Part shown: positions 53,715 through 64,000 of the stretch, piece by piece | Numbering within the stretch: the stretch's first letter is position 1 | Layout of the letters: each line of letters starts with the position of its first letter | From: Eledone cirrhosa | Lineage: Eukaryota | NCBI GenBank assembly: GCA_964016885.1 | Contig: OZ024742.1 | Span: 11,470,001-11,534,000 of the forward strand | DNA: 64,000 nt | Reading direction: 5' to 3' | Notes under the pieces: model-generated | Seen by the model: the letters and a program-made list of their open reading frames with translations, nothing else | What the model was told of the DNA's origin: nothing | Database searches by the model: none | Program-made: the position numbers and the translations under genes

Positions 53715-54510
53715 GGTGATGGTGGTGATGGTGATGATGGTGATGGTGGTGATGGTGGTGGTGGTGGTGGTGGTGGTGATGGTGTTGATTAAGTTGGTGG
53801 TGGTGATGGTGATGGTGGCGATGGTGGTGATGGTGATGGTGATGGTGGTGGTGGTGTTGGTGGTGATGGTGGTGGTGGTGATGGTGGTGGTGATGGTGAT
53901 GGTGGTGATGGTGATGGTGATGATGGTGATGGTCGTGATGGTGATGATGGTGATGGTGGTGATGGTGGTGGTGGTGGTGATGGTGATGGTGGTGATGGTG
54001 GTGGTGATGATGGTGATGGTGGTGGTGGTGGTGGTGATGGTGATGGTGATGGTGATGGTGATGTTGGAGGTGGTGGTGATGGTGGTGATGGTGATGGTGG
54101 TGATGGTGGTGGTGGTGGTGATGGTGATGGTGGTGATGGTGGTGGTGGTGATGGTGGTGGTGATGGTGATGGTGGTGGTGGTGATGGTGGTGGTGATGGT
54201 GGTGGTGGTGATGGTGATGGAGGTGATGGTGGTGATGGAGGTGATGGTGATGGTGGTGATGATGGTGATGGAGGTGATGGTGGTGATGGTGGTGATGATG
54301 GTGATGGTGGTGATTGTAATAGTGTCCGTTACAGGGGAAGTTGTTGTTTATGTTGGTGTTGTTGCTGTTATTGTTGTTGTTCTTATTGTTGGTGGTGGTG
54401 TAGGTGGTGATATTGTTGGTGTTATTGTTGTTGTTAGTGTTGTTAGTGTTGTTGCTGTTCTTGCTAGTGGTGCTGTGGTTGTTGTTATTGTTGGTGTTGT
54501 TGTTGCAAGA
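53715..54510. repeat. (GTG/ATG)n and (GTT)n trinucleotide tract
   Basis: Direct reading. Confidence 0.9.
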
Positions 54511-55011
54511 TATTGTAATGATAGTTAATTGGAGATATTTCGGTGTTTCACCTGAGCCAGGTGCAACTATTGCAGTAGAATATTACCTGAAAGAAGCAGT
54601 ATATAAATACCGTTCAATAGACACTTGCAATGGTCGTTGTTTTCTTACCATCGACCTAGGAATGCATTCCTCTACAACTTTGCAACTGTGATTAGAAGAC
54701 AAATATTCCCTGGAAGCATCTGATGTAACATAACTCTCGTCTGGAATATCTGACAGATAACTACTGTTATACTCAATGACTGGAAGATATAAAGAATCAG
54801 TGCTACATTTGCCTCGCAGCTGTAGGATGGCTGTTATATATTGCAAGTACGTAAATCGCCAAAGGATGGTTAACCCTATCTAACTGATGGCGTATAACTA
54901 CTTCTCAACTTTCTCATCTGATAATAATAGTAATACTACAGAACAATATTAAGTTAAATGGTATTGTTTCTAGTATAAATTCTGTTGTATGTACGGAGAC
55001 GTAACTTATTA

Positions 55012-55443
55012 TGGCGGTGGTGGTAGTGTTGGTGGTGGTGGACGTGGGGGTGGTGGGGGTGGTAGTGGGGGTGGTGGTGGTAGTGGTGGTGGTTGTAGTT
55101 GTGGTGGTGATGGTTGTGTTGGTCGTGGTGGTGGTAGAGGTTGCGGTTTTTGTGATGGTGGTGGTGGTGGTGGTGGTGGAAGTGGTGGTGGTGTTAGTGG
55201 TGGTGGTGTTGGTGGTGGTGGTGGTGGTGGTAGTCGTTGTGCTGGTGGCGGTAGTGGTGGTGGTAATGGTGGTGGTGGTAGTGTTCTTGTTGGTGTTGTT
55301 GTTGTTGGTGGTGGTGGTGGTGGAAGTGATGGTGGTGTTAGTGGTGGTGGTGTTGGTGGTGGTGTTGGTGGCGGTGGTGGTAGTTGTTGTGGTGGTGGTG
55401 GTAGTGGTGGTGGTAATGGTGGTGGTGGTAGTGTTGTTGTTGG

Positions 55444-55474
<31 letters not shown>

Positions 55475-55580
55475 GGTGGTGGCGGCAGTGGTGGTAGTGG
55501 TAGTGGTGGTGGTGTTGTTGTTGGTTGTGGTAGTGGTGTTGTTGTTGTTGTTGCTGTTGGTGGTGGTGGTGGTGGTATGC
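55012..55580. repeat. (GGT)n low-complexity tract
   Basis: Direct reading. Confidence 0.9.
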
Positions 55581-56124
55581 CGTTGTTATTGTTGGCAGTG
55601 GTGCCATTCTGACATCACAGTATCACATAGAGTATCACAAATTTAGAAAGAAGGACGGAAGTAAATAAAACAACGGGTCAACTTCCGTGGAATTAGAGCC
55701 CAACATAAAAGAATGCCGTTAAATTATGCAAAGCAATTTCTATGCCATTCCTTCCAATTCAGCAATCCACCATTCTTATAAATTATTCTGTGACATAAGG
55801 ACAAGTTCTATTATCGATGTTGTTCTTTAATATTGTCATTAATGTTTATATAAATGTTATTTTCTGTGTTGTTAATGATATAATTATTGTCGCTGCTTGT
55901 ACAATAACTGAAACTATTCATTATATTTCTATTTTCTTTGTTAATCCGCCGAAGAAATGAGCTGGTTACCACTGTTGGGGGAAACACCGCCCGCTCACAC
56001 TACCGTAGCCATCTTCTATTGTATTTATGTCGTAAAGATATATTCAAATAATTATTAACGTTAGTTTTCCTTCTAAATGGGGAAAGTATCAAACAATGAA
56101 GGCCTCTTTCTTTACCTTCATATC

Positions 56125-56594
56125 ATAACAATATATACAATAATAAATACAATAATATATACAACAATATATACAATAATAAGTACAATAATAAATACAA
56201 TAATATATACAATAATAAGTACAATAATATATACAATAATAAATACAATAATATATACAATAATAAATACAACAATATATACAATAATAAATACAACAAT
56301 ATATACAATAATAAATACAACAATATATACAATAATAAATACAACAATATATACAATAATAAATACAATAATATATACAATAATAAATACAACAATATAT
56401 ACAATAATATATACAATAATAAATACAACAATATATACAATAATAAATACAATAATAAATACAATAATAAATACAATAATATATACAATAATATATACAA
56501 TAATAAATACAATAATATATACAATAATATATACAATAATAAATACAATAATATATACAATAATAAATACAATAATATATACAATAATAAATAC
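56125..56594. repeat. 12-bp minisatellite (ACAATAATATAT/ACAATAATAAAT)n
   Basis: Direct reading. Confidence 0.93.
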
Positions 56595-56965
56595 GTCTTG
56601 CTTTAGAAAAACATACAAATAGAAGCAAATGAAACAAATGAAACAGGAGCTGCGTAAAGATATGTCTTCCTCAATGAAACAACAACAATGGCGACAAAAC
56701 AACGACATCATCATCATCATCATTATCAATAATAATGATAATATTGGTAATAATAATGACATTAATTCGTTCGTTAATTTGATACGAGAACCCATTCATG
56801 CATACAAATCGTGTGTTAACAAAAGGGTTTGCAGGATGGGTAGGGGATGTAACAATTGCAGCTACAAGACTAAAAGAAGAAAGACACAAAGAAAAAAAAC
56901 AGACAAGGTTAATACAAAATATTTATGAGGTCATGTTAGAAATTTTATAGAAATAAATACTACGA

Positions 56966-56998
<33 letters not shown>

Positions 56999-57095
56999 AG
57001 CAACAATTGCACCACGAAAAATATAAAAATTGACGTGAAAGGAGATTAGGAATTTGTGTATATATATATATATATATGCATATATATATATATAT

Positions 57096-57184
<89 letters not shown>

Positions 57185-58091
57185 CAAAAATCAATCCACT
57201 CATGGAAAGAAACCGTTAACTTGTTTGGAACCAAGCACCCCATGGTTTCCATTGCCGCCATAGTGTTGATTTCCAAGGGAATTGGGTAGTGAACTGAACC
57301 ATAAATTTTAGGGTCTCTGTAACGACAGGGTTATTTTCTGCTTTACATTCTGCTTGCTTTTTTTTTCTTTGTATTTTTGTTGCCTTTCCTCTATTTCGGG
57401 TTACCTCTAACACTATACTATCCTTTTTCAATCTCCCTTTTGCCCCTATTAGGGGTGGAAGTGAGGTATAAATTTCTTGGTCCTCGATGTCAATAAATGT
57501 TCTGGAACAATAATACAACGCTACAAACAGACTTTTTGCTTCAAATATTCTCCTGCGATACTGTAGTTTATATAGATATTCCTTTCACTAACATATTAGC
57601 CATGAGTAACTACTGAATATGTCATTTAGTAAGTCTTTTATGAAATCTCGAAACAGCTATTCCTTTTCATACAAAACAAAGTATATGTAAATATCTGACA
57701 TCAGAACGAGTATCCTTTACCTCCAACTAACTTAACCTCTGGGTCTCAAATGACCAGAGGGAGAATGCATTACCTCGGAGGACGGTCGGGGGTAGAGGAA
57801 ATGCAATAACTATATATATTCAATTTCAAAATGGTGGGAGAGTATGAAGCCAGGTTGTCTATGGATTCTCTTCTCTGATGTGGCTCATCTGAGCCTCAGG
57901 TTTTTGTTGATTACGAGTTTTTCAACATAACACTAAATCGATTCTTTCCATCTGATTGTCTCGCTGTAGTAATGTTACTCTCACTAACCAGTAATTTTGT
58001 TGATCTTGTATGTCTCTGGTAACTGCCATATATATTATACATTATAAACTCGCATGCAGTTCACCTGTACGCATGTAGGTATGTATGAGTG

Positions 58092-58146
<55 letters not shown>

Positions 58147-58659
58147 GAAGCATTCGTCGAAACAGCAGAGGTTGAGATCTGAAGAGCATATTTTAATGCT
58201 TGTGACCTGTTCGCTTTCATCCATTCTTTTTTCCTCCTTCCTATCTTCTGTTCCTTCCAGTCAACCCACATCTAGCCCCTCATCTCTGACCTTTGAGGTA
58301 TTATTTTACCCAACGCCGCGTCGATGGTATTTTACTTTTCTTACAGCTTCCATACGCCGAGTTTTCCCATTTTCCTGAGAATCCTAATATACTCGCGTCT
58401 CAAAACTCTATTTTCGAGTTAATTTGTATACACGCACACACGCACACACACACACACGCACACACACACACACACACACACGCGCACACGCACACACACA
58501 CACACTCACACACACCCACACACACCCACACACCCACACCCCCACACCCACACACACACACACGCACACACGCACACATACACGCACACACGCACGCACA
58601 CACACGCACACACATACACACACACACGCACACACACACGCACACACGCACGCACACAC

Positions 58660-58722
<63 letters not shown>

Positions 58723-58733
58723 AATATATATAC

Positions 58734-58766
<33 letters not shown>

Positions 58767-59272
58767 CCTGATCACCTGTATATATTTTATTTATTTATCT
58801 ATCTAACTACATATTTATCTATCTAACTACCCCCCCCAAAAAAACCAGTCCACTTACCACCCCACTAACCAACCTACCTATCTACCCAAACTACCCACCG
58901 GCCCACCAAGATGTCGACCTACCTACCCACCAACCCACCAACCTACCTATCAAGAAATACGCCTTCTCTCCTCTACATATGCTCTCATAACTAATCACAC
59001 TAATTGATAATTATTTCTAGATAGCATTCGTTAATGTAATCGAGGAAAACTATCTTAATTGCTTCTTCACCTAGTACAGAACTGCTCAGCCGTTGGCTCA
59101 AATAAATATATACAGATTTATATAATATACAAGAAATATATATATTTATATGTGTGTGTGTATATGGGGGACATGGTGAGTGTGTGTGTGTATGTGTATG
59201 TGTGTTGAGTGTGTATTCATAAATAAAAATGTGTATATATATATATATAAAAATAAATCTGCGTAAATACAT

Positions 59273-59312
<40 letters not shown>

Positions 59313-59587
59313 GTATGTGTATTTATTTTCCTTTTACTTTATTATTATATGTTTTAACTATTTTTTATACTTTTTGCTTTTATGTGCCCTCACGTGCTTC
59401 TGTATCTTGTGAAAATATCTGCCTGTACCATTGCATTTAGCTGTAGTGCTGAATAACAACCTCACTATGCATTCTCTCCATACTCGCCATTCCCGATCTC
59501 CCTCTTGTTGCCCTCTATTGTATTTCTAATGTACATGTGACTAGGCTCGGTAGAGCTTATACTCAGCACTGTAATTTTGTTTATAAA

Positions 59588-59632
59588 GCTCTGATGATTC
59601 CTGCCCAATGGTATGGATGAAACATTGTCAGC
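59588..59632 (+). ncRNA. Minimal type I hammerhead
   Basis: gct-CTGATGA-t-tcc-tgcc(caat)ggta-t-gga-t-GAAAC-ATT-GTC-agc, followed by AATAAA. Confidence 0.65.
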
Positions 59633-59678
59633 AAATAAAAATTGTATGAGTATGTAGGCGTTCTTTGATTTCTTTTAC

Positions 59679-59712
<34 letters not shown>

Positions 59713-59826
59713 ATATGCATATATGAGTGTATACATGTATGTAGACCAGTAAAATCAGCGTAACCACAGTTAAAAATACGTCAATACATTAGTAGTGTAA
59801 GCATCATTATTTAATATAGAAATATA

Positions 59827-60016
59827 GGGCGGTGGATTGGCAGTATCGGTAGAGGGTCGGATGCCATGCTTTCCAGCATAGTTACGTCCCTTTACGATCT
59901 GAGTACAAATCCCGACGAGGTTGACTTTGCCTTTCATCCTTACGGGGTCGATAAAATAAAGTACCAGTAATGCACTGAGTAATTGCTGGCCTTGTGCCTA
60001 AAGTAGAAACAATTAT
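59827..60016 (+). mobile_element. SINE inserted in a pLTR-like element, with an 18-bp target-site duplication
   Basis: ATTATTTAATATAGAAAT at 59806-59823 and 60012-60029. Confidence 0.85.
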
Positions 60017-60029
60017 TTAATATAGAAAT

Positions 60030-60080
60030 GGCTTCTACAGGACTAGAACTGTTTCATTCGTATGAAATCATCAGGGATCC
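60030..60080 (-). ncRNA. Type I hammerhead motif
   Basis: Reverse complement ggatcc-CTGATGA-tttc(atac)gaat-GAAACAG(ttctagtc)CTGT-A-gaagcc. Confidence 0.55.
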
Positions 60081-60116
60081 AGGGAGGCATTCCTGGATCC
60101 CTGATAACTATATATG

Positions 60117-60191
<75 letters not shown>

Positions 60192-60195
<4 letters not shown>

Positions 60196-60252
60196 GAGCT
60201 CCCTGATAATTTCTCACGAATGAAACATTTTTAGTCCAGTAGAAGCTCTTCT
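60192..60252 (+). ncRNA. Degenerate hammerhead of the same family (another partial copy at 60354-60397)
   Basis: agaagagctcc-CTGATAA-...-GAAAC..GT-A-gaagctcttct: long stem I, mutated core. Confidence 0.45.
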
Positions 60253-60784
60253 ATATTAAAATTTGTATACTCTGCTATGTATTAAGTACCTTACTTACTG
60301 TGGTTACCTCCGATTCAACACGGAATAACTTATCTTGTATATATATATATATATGATGATTTCATACGAACGAAACAGTGCTAGTCCTGTAGAAGACACT
60401 TTCGTTTTTTTAAAGTCCCAAACAAGGTTGAAGCGTCTTCGTGTAAGGGACTGTGAAGAAAGAGAAATGAAATGAAAGGAATTTACTTTAAACTTGAAAG
60501 CGTTCATGTTATAAGCAGGAGGACATATGAAGATCGACTTCTGGAAGTTTCTTTGTGAAAGTATATTAAATATTCTAATTTCATAAATGGCTCAACAGAT
60601 TCCCCACATAAGACGATGAAACACAGAAAATATTTAAATCTCTTCCAGGAAATCTAAAGAAATCCTAATTATTTTATAACAAAAGTTTACTTCTTCCATT
60701 TGGCGGACATATTTTTCTTCAAAATAAATAATGTTCTATATCAAATTGGAGGAACCTTCGTGAAATATCAAGGGATTTAGCTTT

Positions 60785-60920
60785 GAAGAAGAAGAAGAAG
60801 AAGAAGAAGAAGAAGAAGAAGAAGAAGAAGAAGAAGAAGAAGAAGAAGAAGAAGAAGAAGAAGAAGAAGAAGAAGAAGAAGACCACCACCACCACCACCA
60901 CCACCAACAACAACAACAAG
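60785..60920. repeat. (GAA)n-(CCA)n-(CAA)n microsatellite
   Basis: Direct reading. Confidence 0.95.
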
Positions 60921-61075
60921 AGATATTTGATTAAGGAATATGTGTGGATAAATATATTGATTTGTATGTGCAATAAAAAATGTCCATCTTCTTTCCATGA
61001 TAAATCATGATTTTTTTCTTTTAGGGAAAGGAAGAGATGAAACTAGCTAAAGAGAGTGTAGATGTAGATGTAGAT

Positions 61076-61141
<66 letters not shown>

Positions 61142-61399
61142 TGAGAGAGAATGAGAGAGAGAGAGAATGGGAGAGACAGAGAATGAGAGGGAGAGAGAGA
61201 GAGAGAAAAGTAAGAGAGAGTGAGAGAATGGGAGAGAGAGAGGCGGGTGCAGTGTAAAACTAGATGGAGAACTATTATATTAAACGTTTATATTTCTAAA
61301 TTAGGTAGCTCGTCATTTCGATAATGGATTTTAAATAATATATTGAAAAAAAAAATAAAACAGATTTATTTTCTAAAATCACATTATATTGATTCGATC

Positions 61400-61720
61400 G
61401 TCTCTTCGGTAAAACTGTAAAATTTGAAACCATTATGGCTCGGTATTGGAAAAGGAAAGTCAATAACAACAACAGGAAAAAAGAACATAGATATGTTAAG
61501 TAAAAATATTATAACACCGTTCTCCAACCCGTTCCTTGTTTTTCCTACGTAGACCATAATTCGCCAGAGTGTCATAGACCGTGTAATAAGATGCACTTGG
61601 AGCACACTATATGTAATTATTAATTCCAAAGTATGGTTAGAAGAGCGTGAAAATGGATTTGTTGGTCAAATTACTGGAATAAAAGGTTTTGCGTTAAGTT
61701 GCTGTTATATGGATAATAAA
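61400..61720 (-). mobile_element. Possible highly decayed PLE GIY-YIG remnant
   Basis: HIVCSKC and VYVGKTRNGLE in adjacent frames. Confidence 0.35.
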
Positions 61721-62188
61721 CTCTAAGCAAGAGAGAGCTTCTTATGTTATGGAGAATCATGAGACGGTATATACAGGAGAGTAAATACGATAACAAAACA
61801 AAATAAATTAAAAATAATAAATAAAAATTGGAAAGAAAAGAAGAGGAAGAGAATAAAGGGAATGAATAGAGAATGTCTTCAATAATTTCTGGTCATATCG
61901 ATAAAGAATTACATATATTTTGGAAATTATGATGGAAAACAATAGAAGAGAATATAGCTTTAAACGATCTGCCGATATTATTACACAAGTATCTATTGTA
62001 TATATTATATGTGATGTATGTATAAAGGTAGTTAGGCAGACAGGAACATCGATACACGTACAGTACAAGAAACATATGTATATAACTACAATGTATAGGA
62101 TTGTGGATATAGAGAGCAGGTGGAATAACACATACATGTAAAACAAGTATGTATATATGCTTGCACATACACATACACTCACACATAT

Positions 62189-62267
<79 letters not shown>

Positions 62268-62443
62268 ATAAAGGAGCAAAACAGGGAATGCACAAATACG
62301 CTGTTGTATTAGCTTCACGCTTGGAAATGAAGGAGGGTTCGATGTTTCGGACAGACGTCCTTGTATTCAAAAGTAGAGTTGAGATGGTGGTTCTGTGGTT
62401 TTTCCCATGTGAGAAAAACCACAGACCCTCCATCTCAACTCTA

Positions 62444-62479
62444 CTTTTGAAAGGCAGAAGAACTGCGAAACCGGTAAAG
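62444..62479 (+). ncRNA. Minimal hammerhead (family of 24636), preceded by a ~40-bp-arm hairpin at 62366-62450
   Basis: ctt-TTGAAAG-gcag(aagaa)ctgc-GAAA-CCGG-TA-aag. Confidence 0.6.
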
Positions 62480-62575
62480 GAACCAAATAAATATTTATAT
62501 TTTTTTTAAAATAAGACTCCAGTTGCATTTTCGATTTCATCTTTTTTTCTATATATATAATATATATATATATGC

Positions 62576-62610
<35 letters not shown>

Positions 62611-62666
62611 TATATATAAGAAAATGGAGTGCTGCGTGGTTGCACATGGGTTACACATGTATATAT

Positions 62667-62701
<35 letters not shown>

Positions 62702-62784
62702 AAATATTAAACAAATAATGAACAAACAATTCCTTATATTAAACAAAAAAAGTTCACTATTTAACGATCGTTTCTAGGGTATAC

Positions 62785-63718
62785 ATGTGTTATAATTGGT
62801 ATGCATATTTAACAGATCTATGTACAAAATTATACAAAATTATACAAATTATCAAGATTAAATATACATACCTAACTCATATATACAATGTAGAAACAAA
62901 AATAATGCTATATAGCATAAGATGTACTGAAGGACAATGTAGAAACAAAAATATAGTGTACATAGGTGAGACAGCTCGTAGTATAGGGGAACGAATAAAT
63001 GAACACTGGCGAGACCTCCAAGATAGTAAAGAATCATCTGTGCTCTACCAACATGCTAAGATAGAACACAGGGGTAAATTAGAGAGCATAGAAATAAAAA
63101 TAGAATCCACACACAAGAAAGACGCAATGTTTAGGCAAATTACAGAGGCAGTAAGCATAAAAGAATTAAAACCAAAATTAAATAGAAAATATGAGTGGAA
63201 CAGCAACATCACAACTTACAATTAAGGACAAAATGAAAACACACACACACATAGAACAAACAACTTACAATTGAAAACACACACAAAATGAAAACACACA
63301 CAAGACAAAATGAAAACACACACACACATAGAACAAACAACCAACCAACAACAAATAAATAAATAAACAAACAAATATAAATAGAAAAATAGAAAAATGA
63401 ACACAAACACACACAGACACCCGGATGTGGCGCATGCGCAAACTGAACACGCAACCCACACACAAACAAAATGGCGTAGGATAGAAGAAAGGAAAGGCAC
63501 AGAAACGAAGAAAGAAATCCCCAGTCACTGAAGAGGTCACAGAGTGTGTGACGAAAGAACTATGACTATATATATATAAACAACTATCTGGTTGTGGAAC
63601 CAACCAACCAACCAGAAATTTATAAATTTGTAAATTTATAAATATATATTAAATTAAATTGAAGTGAAAGCAACTGGTGCGTGTGTTTCTTATTGGCAAC
63701 ATGACCCTCCCAAAGTAT

Positions 63719-63725
<7 letters not shown>
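62785..63725 (+). mobile_element. Penelope-like element 3' end: GIY-YIG endonuclease + pLTR
   Basis: LYSIRC...VYIGETARS..ERI.EH...S.LYQH...H...R.ITEAV.I....PKLN. Confidence 0.85.
63523..63567 (+). ncRNA. Minimal type I hammerhead in the PLE pLTR
   Basis: agtca-CTGAAGA-g-gtcaca(gagtg)tgtgac-GAAAG-AA-CTA-tgact. Confidence 0.8.
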
Positions 63726-63757
<32 letters not shown>

Positions 63758-63881
63758 TATAAGGAAAAGAAGTCGAAAACGCAACTGGAGTCTTTTTAAG
63801 AATATTTATTTGTTTCCTTTACCGGTTTCACAGTTCTTATGCTTTTGAAAAGTAGATTTGAGAATATGGGTTTGTGGTTTT

Positions 63882-63916
<35 letters not shown>

Positions 63917-63943
63917 TGTAATAAACAACATAAGATAATTATT

Positions 63944-64000
63944 TCATTTACCAGTGGTTTCTTGAAAGCAAACACAATTTGCTTTCAGTCATCAGAATAA
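63944..64000 (-). ncRNA. Type I hammerhead at the window edge
   Basis: Reverse complement ttatt-CTGATGA-c-tgaaagcaaa(ttgtg)tttgctttca-a-GAAACCA-C-TGGT-A-aatga, with a 10-bp stem II. Confidence 0.75.

Noticed and set aside
53713-55646. Val/Met-rich, Gly-rich and poly-His ORFs
   Set aside because: Trinucleotide low-complexity tracts with no domain or splice support.
57216-57780. Possible coding remnant on the minus strand
   Set aside because: No recognisable motif and multiple stops upstream; cannot be supported without a search.

Overview
AT-rich, microsatellite-saturated eukaryotic (animal) DNA with no recognisable host gene. The SINE and repeat make-up suggests a cephalopod such as Octopus (inference). 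Contents: (1) a 7.8 kb array of 75-bp units with higher-order structure, derived from the endonuclease-coding tail of a CRE-like non-LTR retrotransposon; (2) decayed LINEs (a near full-length Dong/R4-like element, Tx1/L1 and RTE fragments); (3) at least four Penelope-like element (PLE) remnants with RT and/or GIY-YIG domains; (4) about 12 copies of a tRNA-derived SINE, a mariner-type MITE and a non-autonomous Helitron; (5) several other satellites. The main hidden signal is about 20 minimal type I hammerhead-ribozyme (HHR) motifs, found by eye, from at least 8 unrelated short repeat families. They sit in non-coding pLTR-like units that are inserted in (TA)n tracts and arranged as palindromes or partial tandems. 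Several carry a compensated U3-A8 core (UUGAGAA/UUGAAAA) and a palindromic mini-stem III. Most long ORFs in the ORF track are repeat artefacts. All folds were made by hand and no database searches were run.
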